DNA of 64,000 nt from Bispira polyomma (Eukaryota): contig OZ287755.1 of assembly GCA_965649765.1 (NCBI GenBank), positions 59,396,001 through 59,460,000 of the forward strand, read 5' to 3'. The notes beneath the pieces were generated by a model. That model worked only from the letters and a program-made list of their open reading frames with translations, was not told the DNA's origin and did no database searches. This document shows positions 38,471-51,499 of the stretch, piece by piece (the first letter of the stretch is position 1; every line of letters begins with the position of its first letter). The position numbers were made by a program, and so were the translations under genes.

Positions 38471-40795
38471 TATACTTTTATTGCACTTAATCTCCCCTTA
38501 AGAAAGGGGACTCCAAGGCACACCAGCACAAAAAACAGTAATCCAATATCCAAAATCAAGGGACAGAAAAAGGTCAGCACACAGAGCACGCAGGGGGATG
38601 TTTGAGACGAAGGTGGGTATGCTTTAGTGTACAAGTAGGTTTTAAGCTGCTTTCTAAAACAGGCTAGTGAGGGGGAAGCACGAATCACATCAGGAAGAGC
38701 ATTCGAAAAAATAGGAGCATCAAATGCAAAGCTGTAACCAAACTGTTTAACCGACTTTTCAGTAGATGGGTCTACGTCTGGTATTATAGGAACTACTGTA
38801 AGTGGAAAGATATGGGGCAAAATACTTTGGAAACCCAGTGTGAAGAAACTTATAAACAAGTGTAGCTGTCTTAAACACTGAACGCTGTTCAACAGGGAGC
38901 TAATGCAATTTCTTAAGAACAGGAGTTATACTGGTGTATCGACTGGTGTTTGACTCAATTCTAGCTGCACTGTATGCATTGTAATTTACGTAAGTTAAAC
39001 TTTGAGAGACTCCTGAAAAGCGAATTGCAGTAATCCAGTCTACTACTGACAAAAGCATTGGCCACAAGTATAGAAGCATCATAAGTGAGAAACCGCGTGA
39101 CACGTCTAAAGTCCCGGAGTTGCACAAAACAGCTTTTGGAGACACTCTGAACGTGTTTAGAGAAAGAAAAGTCAAAGTCAAACCATACACCCAGGTTCTT
39201 GACAGAATCAGCTGGGCTGAAAGGACTACCCAGGATGTCAACTGGAAACAATGCTTTCAACTTATCCCTCTGTTGTTTTGAGCCAAGGATAATGAACTCA
39301 GTCTTGTCGAGATTAAGTTTGAGTTTACCAGTTGACATCCACTCTTTCACATCGTGGAATGATCAATGGTGTCAAAGGCAGCAGAGAGGTCGAGCAATAG
39401 CAGGGCAGTAGGTTCACCTTTTGACAAAGATAGGTGAACTTCATTTTTTATAGAGAGAAGAGCTGTCTTAGTCGAATGACCTGTTTTATACGCAGACTGG
39501 TATGGGTTGTCTAAATCGTGGACAAAGATGTGATCTAACAGTTGCCTAGCAACCACACGTTCAACCAGTTTTGATATGAAACTAAGACCAGATACAGGGC
39601 GATAATTCTTTAGGTCATCAACTGGAACAGAAGCCTTCTTAATAAGAGGAGTAACCACAGCTGTTTTAAAACCATCAGGTACATGTCCCTCAGTAAGTGA
39701 GCAGTTTACACGCTTTGTAATGGATGCGAGTAATATATCATTACATTCTTTAATGAGAGATGTTGGCCATGGATCTAACATGCAGGATTTTGTAGCCGAG
39801 TTACTTATTATTTTACTAACATCATCTTCAGAGACTCTGGTAAAGGCAGTGATTTCGGGAGGATCAGAAAGAGGATGAACATCAATTTTAGTTCCAGAAA
39901 CAACAAAAGTATCTCTAATTCTCTTAATTTTGTTTGAAAAAAGGAAGCAAACTTATCAGCCAGTGATTTATCAGAATCATGGCACGGGAGTGCCACATTG
40001 GTATCCATATTAAGGGTCTTGCGCAATTCGTGCCATAGCCTCCTGGAGTTGTGACTGTTATCAGAGATAAGTTTGCTATAATACTCCGACTTATCCTCGT
40101 TAACAAGTACATTGCACCGAGCAATCTGGCGACGAAATCAACTTCTATTTTATGGATACTTGGCCCTTCGCCAAGTTCTTTCATATTGGCGCCTGAGAGA
40201 TTTTGCCCGTCGGTATGAATCAGAGAGCCAATGCACAGAATCTTTCCTTGACATTCTAGATACAAGTGGTGCATGCTTATCTAGTACATCACCCAAGTCA
40301 TGTATGTATTGTTCATAAAATTTGGCTACAGAATTGGCAGGTGACTTAATGAAGGAAGTATTCTCGAGATCAGTACGGAGGTCAGACATGTTAATACGGT
40401 GGTACCTCCTATAATGCACTGTATTTGGAATATGAGTCACCTGTGGAGGAGAAGCAATTGAGCATTTGACTAATGCATGATCCGATATGAAATCGCAGAC
40501 TTTGACATCCACAATAGCATCCTGATCACAAGGAGATAAAATAAGGTCCAGAATGTGACCATGCAGACGGGTAGGTTGTCTAACTGACTGTTTTAGATCG
40601 CATGAAGAAAGGTCATAAATTTATGACCATCACCAACTGGTGCATCAACATGGATGTTAAAGTCACCACAGATATGATATGAACTGTTAATGGATGACAA
40701 TAAACCAACAAAAGACATGAATTCTTCTAAAAAATTACAGGTACATGATCCTGGGGGGGCGATAGACACAGGCAAGCAACAGTGAGCGGCCATAC
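38470..40795 (-). mobile_element. L2/CR1 LINE ORF2 (APE endonuclease plus RT, internal deletion)
   Basis: Endonuclease peptides LLACVYRPP, ICGDFNIHVD and SDHALV. RT peptides KNYRPVSGLSFISK and LLDLSAAFDTIDH are joined directly to KLKLNLDKTEF (YADD core deleted). C-terminal LKTYLY. Confidence 0.92.
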
Positions 40796-43700
40796 CAGTG
40801 AGTTGTAAATAAATATTTATTTGTAAATATCCCATACAGGAAATAGAATATATATTTTGATGACATCATTATGATATTAAATGTCATGTAACAAAAAGGA
40901 GGTAGATCTTCAGGGAGCACTTGGATAAATACCCAAAAATAATGTGTTGTAAATATTTATTCATTATATCATACATATCATGTATAAACAAATATCTAGT
41001 ATATATCTCATAAGAATTAAGGGATGGGACACATATCTTCAATATGATTTAACAAACCAACGAACACAAAAGAGAAGACAATCTCTCGGCAGAATACAAG
41101 CAGTCGGAGCACATTTAAACCTACAATACATTTTATCATTTATAGGTAATTTAAGGCTGAAAGAGAATAAATTCAACGCTTTCTCAAATTTGTATTTTAC
41201 GCATAATTCGTTTTTGTATTGCTGTGTGCATTTCAGTTCAAGGGATTCCTTGCTTTGTGAATACGTCTTTAATGTGTATATAACTTAGATTGTAGTAAGA
41301 GGTATTTTACATCCAAATAATAACCAGAAACGTGATAATGTGGATGAAGCAAATGCAACCTATTTAAAACGAGGGTGATGAGAGAGATTGCGATCAGAAC
41401 GTGTTTAGAAACGTGGCTAAGGTATTTAGAAACGTGGTTCACCTATTTAGAAACATGACTAATAGCACAAACATAATTGAAACAGGCATTGAAACATTTT
41501 GAATGGATGTACAACCTGTATAAAACGGCCCATACATTGATTTTTATGTCTTATGTTTCCTGTCCTAATTTTTCCTGAATTTCACTTCGGTTATTTCCGT
41601 TTGTTTTTCATTTTGCTCTTTGTCAATATATGCATGTTTTTCCCCTGCAAATTTGTGTATGACGATAAATATATAGATAAACATTTAGAACTTACATTTT
41701 ATAAGTTCTGTGATCATTATGTAAAACTATCTAGCCTTTAATGAATAAAACAAACTGTGGCCTATAGGAAATGTTCAGAGACCCTATCAGGATATAGCAA
41801 TATAAAATCTCTGAGCATGAATAGACAAACTGACGGTATCAATGACTTCATTGTGTTATCAGATGCCAATGTCCATTTACTTAAATACTTATTTTTAGAC
41901 AGTATCGGGTATTGGTCATAAACACTATCTTATACACCTAATATAGGGCTTTCTAAAATATGGTGTATTTAGATATGGATATCATATTATAATACTGGTT
42001 CTCTTATTGGTAATTGTGTATTAGCCTGGACAGACAAAAAACCCTGTGTTTATTTACATATAGGTTTGACATAGGTTTGTATTTTCTTCATGTTTGTTTG
42101 CTTGCCTTTACAAAACTTCTGTTAGCGGAGGGCTGTCATTCAATGAGCAAGATTAAACCTTATCCCAAATAACTAACATTTTTTGGGGGTGACCTCACAA
42201 CCAGCACGTTATTTATTGAGTGGCAAGGATTATCCTGTGTCTGCTATTATAATTATCTCGAACGACGGAGCCCTGAAAAATGACGTTTTGTGTTCATGTT
42301 TTTAGGCTGTAGACAGCACTATCTACCGCCGGTTCTGTTCATTATTATAACAAAGATTAGTTTTGGAAGATATATAACATATAAATGTATAGTTTAGTTG
42401 ATGGGTGATTTTGGCTGTATGCAATATATAAAATTTGCCACGATTTGAAATTAAACAGGTAATTTTTGAAATTAAACAGGTAATTTTTTTAAAGGTATAC
42501 TTAGACAGGTCTACAGATAATTTTTTTTTGTAACTTATACGTTGACAAATAGACTAAACATATTTGTTTATTTTAATTGATAGATAAATTTATTTTACCA
42601 ACTTACAGGTCGACAGACAGATATATTTTGTTGTAGTTATAGGTTGACAGGTAACTCTGTACCTATGGTAGCCAGACGTTTCAATTTTCACGATTCGATT
42701 CATTATGGCGTTTGCAAAGATATAGTTTCTATTTATATACTGTCACTGCTGATATGTATTACCACCCACTGAAGACAGAATCGATTGGACCGCTAGTCTT
42801 TCACTAATTTCGGACGTTTTACAAGTTACAACAGCTAAAAATATTAAAATTAGAAGAAAAATTATTTGGTCATTGCGAGAGCTGTAAAAAATCGTTTTTA
42901 TCAGGTTTTAAAGCAAAATTATGTGAAAAATAAATTATCAAAACATTTTTTAAGGTGGTTTGGTTGTTTATGCACAGATATTTGAGATTTTAATTTTGTT
43001 CTTGGTTTACCTTACTGAGTAGAAGATCATGTATCCGTTCTTATGAATGGGATGTAGTAAAGAGTATTTCTGTGGCCAATCAGAGAACGCAAAAACCAGT
43101 CCATAAAAATGAGCCGAGATTAAAACTATGATTAAACTTGGATATTTTTGTGAATGAAAGTAGAGTACTAAGTATGGACACGTGATCTTCCGAGCATGCA
43201 CAGTCACACGATCAATACCCTCTTGCTAATTTATTCCCACGAAGACGTTGTTAGAACCTTGTACTGATTGCAATCACCCAAACGAAAAATCAAATTCTAT
43301 AAAAGCGATAGATATGGGAGTGTTAAAAATAGAAAATCAAAACTAAACAATAAAAAATCGTATAACATATTACCTTAATAGTTATAAATGGTTAAGTTCA
43401 TTTTAATTGCTTCTTTACGGATTTCAAAGTATATATATATTGTGTATTTCGTTTAAACTTGCCATAACACACGCATATAGGGGTATACCTGCATATAGTT
43501 GTCAAGGCAAGACAGGATTAGCTGAAAATATGGTGTGTTTTCAATGCACATGCGTAGATCCGCAAGTATGTGCGCAGTAGGTCTGGAGATTTACCAGCAA
43601 TATATAACCACAACTTTATGGCGGCCAATAAATAATACGTATAAAATTCGCAAGAGAATATAGATCGGGTCACCGGTCCATAAGGAAAAGTGTCAAGTTA

Positions 43701-44594
43701 ATCGAATAGATCGGGTCTCCCCTGAAATTTTTATGTATTTGGTTCTTTTAGTAAAATATTATCTTATGTCTGCAAATATATAACTTGGAATGACATAAAT
43801 AACAAAACTCCCCAAAAATAAAAAATGAACTTACCTTTGTAAGTTTAGGAAGCAATTAACAGAGCTCCACTTAACTCCCCGAAAATAGCAATTAAACATA
43901 TATGTGTACATTATACTGCTTGACGTTTTTTTGCTAAAGACAAGTATATGTCTTTTTTTTAGAAGTTGATACTTGTGGGTGCTCTCAATGATAAAAATAT
44001 ATGTTTACAAGCGGCATAAGTAAGCGATAATCGAATATTTTACCTAAAATATTGTCTTTTTAGAAGATATTTTAACTACAGCCCGATCTATAAGGTTAGT
44101 TTTAATGTATCGGGGACCATTTCTATAGCCACTTCATAAAAATTAAATAAAATTATAAAAAACAAATATATAATTAAGAAACGAGGCTGTGTATAAGCAA
44201 GGAAGAAAGATGAAAAACGATTGCTTATTGTCAAACGTCCTGTTAGCGTACGCTTTATGTTAACGGACACCTTTGATCTTTCTGTTTGTATTATCACCTA
44301 CTGAAGACCGACCCTGTAGTGACTGTGTCCTTGTCAATTTCGACTGCCATCTAGTGACTGGTTCACTCGCTTTGTAACTTTTTGTAACTTGCGATGTAGG
44401 GGCATTATCATGATATGGCCACAAGGCCATACTTCTCTTGATGCTGGTGATCAAACTTGTAGTTTAATGAGTCTCCCTGGTGATTTAGGAATAGTATGTG
44501 TATTGGGTTATATGTAATTATAGGCAATCTTAAGGTTCTGTGACCTTGATTAACGTTTCTGTTTTTACAGTAACACCAGCTGACTGATCGAGAC

Positions 44595-45479
44595 ATGGGA
44601 ACCTTTCAAGGTCATGCCTTGCCGGGCACATTCATGATGGTCTTTGCTATCTGGTGGACCATACAGATCACAAGGCGGAAGATGGTTTGCAGTGCTAAAG
44701 GTATAGACTTCTACAACACAATCACATATCCTTGCTTTTGTTTGTGTGTGAAGTTTCCGACTGAAGGAGTGGTCAAAATCCTGGCTTCATTAACTGGCAT
44801 GATCTTAGAAGGCTATGCGGCTTCTAAACCAATCAGAGATGGACACGTTGGTGCTGAAAACGACTTTCATGGTTTCTACATTGGTGACATTCAACATATT
44901 ACAATGTACACATTCTTCTTCTTCTCTGGAATCTGTGATGTAATGGTTAACAGAAAGCTTAAGATGATACCTGAAGGCATCGACTACGTCGCCAGTGCTT
45001 TGGCTGCAGCCGTGGAAGCCATACTGTTTCGGTTCCATTTACATGGGCGTAATGAGTTGGACAAAGTTCTCCATACATTGCTACTCTATGTGTTGGTCTT
45101 ATGTGTGGTGTGCATTCTGATGGAATACAAATACCCATTCAATTTATATGTGGGTATGGCGAGAATATATTTTGTCTTTTTGCAAGGAACCTGGTTCTAC
45201 CAGGTAGGATTCATACTATATCCGCCACTACCGGGTCTTGAACATTGGGATGGTGACTCACATGAGTCTATTATGTTGGCTTCTATAGTCTTTGCTTGGC
45301 ATATAGCAGGTGTGTTCCTGGCTATGATTACTATATCTGGAGTGACATACTGTATCTCCAGAAAGTACTGCGATATATGGAATGGCTCAAAGGAGTATAG
45401 ATGGACTCAACTTCCCAATTCAGTAGATAATGAGTCTGCAGATGATATAGAATTAACTAAAAATGAATTTGATGTTTGA
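44595..45479 (+). CDS. TMEM45/DUF716-family membrane protein, paralogue 2 (canonical, 294 aa; TMEM45B-like)
   Basis: MGTFQGHALPGTF, QHITMY.FF..SG, FHLHGR..LD..LH.LL, LQGTWFYQVGFILYPP and FAWH are all family hallmarks. Acceptor ttacag| at 44570. Confidence 0.93.
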   Translation: MGTFQGHALPGTFMMVFAIWWTIQITRRKMVCSAKGIDFYNTITYPCFCLCVKFPTEGVVKILASLTGMILEGYAASKPIRDGHVGAENDFHGFYIGDIQHITMYTFFFFSGICDVMVNRKLKMIPEGIDYVASALAAAVEAILFRFHLHGRNELDKVLHTLLLYVLVLCVVCILMEYKYPFNLYVGMARIYFVFLQGTWFYQVGFILYPPLPGLEHWDGDSHESIMLASIVFAWHIAGVFLAMITISGVTYCISRKYCDIWNGSKEYRWTQLPNSVDNESADDIELTKNEFDV

Positions 45480-47778
45480 AGGAAAGTATCAACCACTGAA
45501 GTGTGAATGCTTTATTATACTTACCATTATGTTTAGTGAGACTTACAGTTTTAAGCAATTGTAAAATATGACTGGTTTGTGTGATCTTGTAACTGTTTGT
45601 TAGGTTTTGTTTGTAGAAAAGATATATGTTATGATGACTTGAAAATAGATTTTACATCGCTTTCATTAACTTAGGTCATATCACAATTGCCAGATTTAAT
45701 GGTGGAAGCAACTGATACTGAAGCACTGTCATCCGTACGGGACAGTAAAACCAGACTTTTGCAAATATACTGATAAAACACAAATGATCAACATTACTAA
45801 CAATAATATCATATATATTTATTTTACTCACGCCATTTCATGCCTTTCATCAGATAAGCCATTGTTTTTTTCACTCTCTCTCAAATGGAAAAAGTCCATA
45901 TTCATATCTTTTAGGTCACATGACTATGATGTAATGAAATGAGGTCACACCAAAGATTTCTTGTTTACCAACATTTGCCTCCCGATATATTTGAGAGGTA
46001 TGCATTACTTCATATTGAATGAGTAAGTTGTATATATTTTGGTTTATCATAGAGTTTTGTGGTAAATTTAGAATAATAAGATAAAGGAGTAATGGTGTTT
46101 CAAAGTGCATTTAGATAGTTAACCATATGTGAATGTATGTATACTTCATCTTTAATATTCTGTATGTTATTTTTTAAGAGTAATAATTTATGCAGAAAAT
46201 TTCAGTTTATGTTAATCTTTCTTTTCAGATAAACGAAAGATGCCACTTTATTTTTAATGTGAAATATGACTTGACATTATTATAATGATAGATTTATGTT
46301 ATTCAGGTATTGTTTATTTATTTTTTTATCCATGGCATTACTAACTAAATTTCAGTTTAATATTAATTTTTTTTTCAAAAGATACCAAAGATACCACTGT
46401 ATTTTTAATATTAAATATGAGTTAAAAAAATTATGACACACCTTTATGGTAATTAGGTATTTTTTATTGATTGTTTTATCAATGGCATGTATTGAATAAA
46501 TATAATAGTAAAACTACCCAAATGGTGTATATTAAAAATATATGACGAAAGAAGATAATCAATACAATAATATACACCACCAGCGTGGTTTTACATTTAT
46601 TATCTTCTTATAACATGTAATTATTATGCTTATATAGGTTAAAATATAACAAAAAAAACAGCCAGAAAAAGTCCTAAAATGTTGAAAATTCAAGGCAATT
46701 ATATAATATAAACAATTTTACTGATTTGTCACCTTAAAGAATTAGCTCTAAATACAAAGGTATAGGGTACTAAAAATCGAGTTTTGTATGCAATAACATC
46801 CCATGATGCTTATATGTTATTTTGGTCAACAGGTTTTAACACTTTATGTTTTAATTTGTTTACGAGGACAATAATAAAATAACCCAAATCCCTTTTTCAA
46901 AATCCCTTTGTTTATGTTTTAAACCCTTACATTCCATCATAACATTATCATGCAAATGTAAAAGAAGTAAATGTAAAGAAGTACAGATTTGTTACCACAA
47001 ATAATTAACTTCAAATTCCCATTTATAAAACACTGAAAATCTAATTTAAGATACTATTATGTAGTTAAAGGTTTATTTTTTATGCTAACTACACTTTTTA
47101 CCAACTTTCTGTCTGAAATATTATGTAAAATTGATACAGAAAAAATGTTGAAAATTCCTGTAACTACTACAGTTTTGATATACATGTTCATAAGCGCCGG
47201 ATGATATGGTTCATTGTATCACCTGGCTCGTATCAACCCCAAATTCACTGTATTCACTGCCAAGTGAATAATAAAAGTAAATAATTATGTAATATAATTG
47301 GTAATATATATGCCTACCGGTTTTTTAGATTGATTATTTGTCATCAAACATTGGGCTTTAGGTAATCTCTTGAGATGTTTCATTTGATTTTGTTTATGCC
47401 AATGAATTAGTGATATCAGTATATTTGACAATGTAATGAACATGGTGCATGTTGTATGAACAAAAAACTGAACGTCTATTTTCTAGAATGAAGAATCTTC
47501 TAAATATTCTTTGACAGATCTGCACTTATTTACTTAAATATTCAGTCTTTTTTCACATAATGTGTATACAGTCCCCGTTAGTAAGGTTGAGATAAAGGTC
47601 AAAGTTATCCAAGTAAGGTCAAGTTATGGTTATGTTGAAGTTTGAAAGTAAGAGGTAATAAAAGATTTCACTTTGAGGTTCTATTTTTACATGTTAGTAT
47701 TCTATGTACATGAAGTTACAGATAAAATAAATGCTTAAAATTTTTTAAACATGACAAATTTAAAGCCCCAAGCCAAAC

Positions 47779-48756
47779 CTAAGTAGAGTGTGAGATGGCA
47801 GAGGCAAAAGTCAAAAGGACCACTGATGCTGCCTGAGATGTATTCTGTAGATATGTCCACACTGCTGAGGACCTCCAAAGGCCATGGGCCATAATGTTCT
47901 GTAGAGAAACGTTCTTATTAAATACAAAAGAGGCCCCCGACCTTCTAAAGGCATGAAACCCATGTGAGCTATATTGAATGCTGATATGTTGTAAAACTGT
48001 TTGTAAAGCTGATCTTACATGTGAGTCGACAATTGGGTGATATGGTGTAGTTTTTGAAGCAAACAGTGGTGCCTTGTCCGAAAGTTGTCTAGACAAAAGC
48101 AGTTTCTTGAGAGCTATTAACTGGGCAGATGTGTGAATTATCTAGCACTGGGACCTGTATGATGTGAGTATCAATTCTATTTTGCAAATTCTTAGCCCAT
48201 TTTAGAATCATGTGGGCACCTGGGTGGCCAAAAATGACATCCTGCCTAATAAAGTGCCTTGTTGGATCAAAAGCTGATTTGGAATGGGGAGCTATGTTCG
48301 AAAGCCTCAAGAACCCAAAGAATGCCACTAAGAAAATTGATCTGAAAAGTATTGGATCTTCAAGTATGTCACAGGCCTTAGATATAAGAATCAACTGTTC
48401 TATAGTAAAGATTCCTTTAGGTTTTGGTCTGAATACTGAGTTGTGTGTTAGACTTCTAGTAAAAAGTGCTACTGAGTTGTGTACAAATGGAGTAAGATTC
48501 CAGTTTAACTTGGAAGCTACAAATTTTATTGCTGCTAAATAATTGTTCACTGCCCCAGGTGATAACCAGTTTTGCACCAGGTATTCCAGGAATGCAATCA
48601 CTGCATGTACGTTCACAGTTGTAATACCTGTAAATTCTAGAAAGGCTAAGAAAGTTCTAAATTGAGCATTATAGGCTGTCGTTGTCTTTGGTCTCAAAAC
48701 TAAGTCAATCCTAGCACTGGCTGAAGACATCAGGATTTGGCTGATGTATGTGGAAC
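47779..48756 (-). pseudogene. Tyrosine recombinase (frameshift near 48090)
   Basis: Core-binding-like N-part (TTTAYNAQFRTF...FLEYL) plus catalytic motifs FFGFLRLSN, HAFRRSGAS and HGLWRSSAVWTY. Confidence 0.92.
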
Positions 48757-48762
48757 CTGAAA

Positions 48763-49305
48763 TTATATTGACAAATCCAGGTTGAAATATTCAATTGGTA
48801 TTTGTTTCCACTCAAAATCACTGTCAATTTTGTTTATGAGATCTTGGTCAGAAGCTTTGTCTGAATATAGTCTAGACAGAGCATCTGCAATAACATTTTT
48901 CTTACCAGGTATATGTCTAATTTGTAAAGAAATATCATAAGTAGCTGTTAGTAACCAGATATTTCTCAAACACAATGCTAAGAAACTATCTCTGGTTTTG
49001 TGTGATTCAACAACCAGAACCACAGCCATGTTGTCACAGTTGATCATAAGACTACCATGTCTCCACTTCTCTGCCCATACGCGTAGCGCAATCACTATGT
49101 TCAGCATCTCGAGATGTACAATTGTTAATTTTTCATCGAATAAGTCATGAAATGGGGTGGCATATACTTCTCGGTTCCAAACGCCCCCAAATCCTGTGAG
49201 GCAAGCGTCCAGATGCAGCTCGTCTGCATATGGTATACTAATGTGATTAATAAAATTAACACCATTGTATTTTTCTAAAAATTTTATAAACCAATTCCAG
49301 GTCAT
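48763..49305 (-). CDS. DIRS-type RNase H domain
   Basis: LHLDACLTGFGG, VHLEMLNI, INCDNMAVV and HIPGKKNVIADALSR. Confidence 0.92.
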   Translation of the reverse strand: MTWNWFIKFLEKYNGVNFINHISIPYADELHLDACLTGFGGVWNREVYATPFHDLFDEKLTIVHLEMLNIVIALRVWAEKWRHGSLMINCDNMAVVLVVESHKTRDSFLALCLRNIWLLTATYDISLQIRHIPGKKNVIADALSRLYSDKASDQDLINKIDSDFEWKQIPIEYFNLDLSI

Positions 49306-49325
49306 ATTTCATTTCATTAGTAACT

Positions 49326-50666
49326 TTAAAGCGCTTGTTGGCATGCTCTAAAAGCAGCGAGTAATCTATTAATGAAGATGCGTGCAGGTGTCACACATTT
49401 GTGAATGTATAAAAGCTTTCCTAGAAGTGATTGAAACTTATTTTTAGATATATATTGTTTGAGCAAAACTTCTACGCAAACATCACACACTTCCTTAAGC
49501 TTTTCTGGTTGGATACTTATAATGCCCTTAATGATGTCAAAATCAATGCCAAGGCATGTAAGTTTAGTAGTAGGGGGAGTCAATTTTTCTTGGTTCATTG
49601 GAAGACCCAGCTTTTTAAGCAATGTGTAGAGTTTGTTGTAGCCCTCGTTGGCTGTTCCTTCTGGCGCAACGCAAACGTAGTCGTCAATGTATCCGAATAC
49701 TTTAAAGCCCTGTTTACACATGTGAGCAGCGTCCGTGCAATGCTGAAACGCAGCGCTGCCATGAACCCACCCGAACGCAATGGCAGGGTCCACGTAATAT
49801 TCACCCTGCCAAGAGATTCCTAGCTTAATTGCGTCCACAGGGTCAACTCGTAGATTCCTAAACGCCCTGGCCACGTCAATTTTGAATAAAGTGGCGTTCT
49901 CAGTGTCATGTATGGCTTGTGTTATATCATCAATTGTGGGGAACTTTAATGCGAATGCCACGCCATCAAATTGATCCCTATCAACATTGTCATTCAGCGA
50001 ATCGCCATATGGATGAGACAGGTTCAAAATCACTCGACGTTTATCACTATCTTTGGGTCTTGTAAGGAGTGGAGAACAATGGTAGTCTGGAATTTTAACC
50101 TCTTTAACTGGCCCTAACATAGCACCTAAATCACTTTCTTTCTTAAGATATTCACCCACCTCATAGGAATACTGCAAAGCAGAGTAATGATTTTTGACCT
50201 TAACATTGCCTAACCTATCAGGTGTTCTTAAGCATAGAGGGAAACCAAATGTGATGTATTGAAGTAGTAACTTGTCAGGATAATCCTGTAGCATATATTG
50301 CCAAGCTTGTGTATTTAAACCAGAACTCAATGGTATTCTGGCTTGTTTGTAATTTGGTACTCCTGTCTGCTTAATTACTTGTGCAATTGCAATCATGTCT
50401 TCTACTGTTCTAATATGTACTGGTTGCCTATCTGGACTTTGAAATTTGAAGTCAGTGTCTGATAAAGCAAGGAACCCTACAGTCTTATTTTTGTCATGTA
50501 TGTCTGTGATATTTCTGTTCAGAGATTCACTAGCCTTAAGCATATATGTCATTTGGGAGAAGAATTCGAACGATGCAGGGTGAGTATATTTTCCATCGCA
50601 ATAACTTACCATGCTCTTAGTAGGTTTTACACTACTATCTTCAGTCTGTACCGAGTTGTCTGTCAC
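49326..50666 (-). CDS. DIRS/Ngaro-type reverse transcriptase
   Basis: SPLLTRPK, RRVILNLSHP, FKIDVARAFRNL, AFGWVHGS, GYIDDY, LTCLGIDFD and QSLLGKL. A disruption separates it from RNase H. Confidence 0.93.
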   Translation of the reverse strand: MTDNSVQTEDSSVKPTKSMVSYCDGKYTHPASFEFFSQMTYMLKASESLNRNITDIHDKNKTVGFLALSDTDFKFQSPDRQPVHIRTVEDMIAIAQVIKQTGVPNYKQARIPLSSGLNTQAWQYMLQDYPDKLLLQYITFGFPLCLRTPDRLGNVKVKNHYSALQYSYEVGEYLKKESDLGAMLGPVKEVKIPDYHCSPLLTRPKDSDKRRVILNLSHPYGDSLNDNVDRDQFDGVAFALKFPTIDDITQAIHDTENATLFKIDVARAFRNLRVDPVDAIKLGISWQGEYYVDPAIAFGWVHGSAAFQHCTDAAHMCKQGFKVFGYIDDYVCVAPEGTANEGYNKLYTLLKKLGLPMNQEKLTPPTTKLTCLGIDFDIIKGIISIQPEKLKEVCDVCVEVLLKQYISKNKFQSLLGKLLYIHKCVTPARIFINRLLAAFRACQQAL

Positions 50667-50860
50667 ATCTACATTTCTAATATTACAATCTGTATTTTTA
50701 CCTTCACAGCATCCAATTAAATTATTAATTAAATCTTCTAGATGCTCAGTATAGTTTTTACCACTAGACTTTTAACACTCCATATCTTTCTTGTAGTAGT
50801 GGAAAGCATTACTGGCTTGTTTCTGTTGTTGCACTGATTTACATGTGATTTTATCAAATT

Positions 50861-51496
50861 TTACATATGCCAGGTCGTTAACTCTGTGGCCAAGATTTCA
50901 AAAGAATTAATAACAGATAACATACCGTTAGGTTCAAATTCAAAGGGAGTGTAGCTTTCTTGTCCTGTCACTTCATCAGTCTGGCTATAATAAAAGCCGT
51001 TTTTAAAATTTTTAGAGCCCCCAATGTAAAGTACTGGCAAGCTTTTTGATGTGGTCAAACAAAATAAGTACCAATTGGTTACATTAAGTTTTACCTTTAT
51101 TGGTCCCCATTCATGACTGCCACTCTGAATGTGGACTGTATGATTTTTATTCTTACAATCTTTTATTTGTACACAGGTGGTCGAGCTACACTCCCCTGTG
51201 GTCAACTTGACCATTCCTTGTCCCCTGCTATGTGTAAGCAATTGCTGCTGACTTTGGACAGCTCCAACGTCACCATACGTGCTTCCTGAAATGTTCTCAC
51301 ATAATACATTTGACATGACATTAGTTTTATGAATATAATTTCCTCTTACATTGGCTTCCCTAAATGATACCTCAGTTCTGTTACTATGGCTATATTTGTC
51401 ATTGACCATATTTGCACTTTCATAGTTCTCATTAACTCCAGTATTTACAATATCTTTCAATGTTCCATATTGCTTAACTGGCTGTCGAATCAACAA
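50861..51496 (-). CDS. ORF of unknown function between gag and RT (probable N-terminal extension of pol)
   Basis: 211 aa, inside the element. 50667-50890 is in the RT frame with a single TAA, suggesting one formerly continuous pol ORF. Confidence 0.5.
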   Translation of the reverse strand: MLIRQPVKQYGTLKDIVNTGVNENYESANMVNDKYSHSNRTEVSFREANVRGNYIHKTNVMSNVLCENISGSTYGDVGAVQSQQQLLTHSRGQGMVKLTTGECSSTTCVQIKDCKNKNHTVHIQSGSHEWGPIKVKLNVTNWYLFCLTTSKSLPVLYIGGSKNFKNGFYYSQTDEVTGQESYTPFEFEPNGMLSVINSFEILATELTTWHM

Positions 51497-51499
51497 TTC

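Noticed and set aside
47779-48730. Prophage integrase or bacterial contamination
   Set aside because: The recombinase is co-linear with DIRS-type RT, RNase H and gag in spliced-gene eukaryotic DNA.
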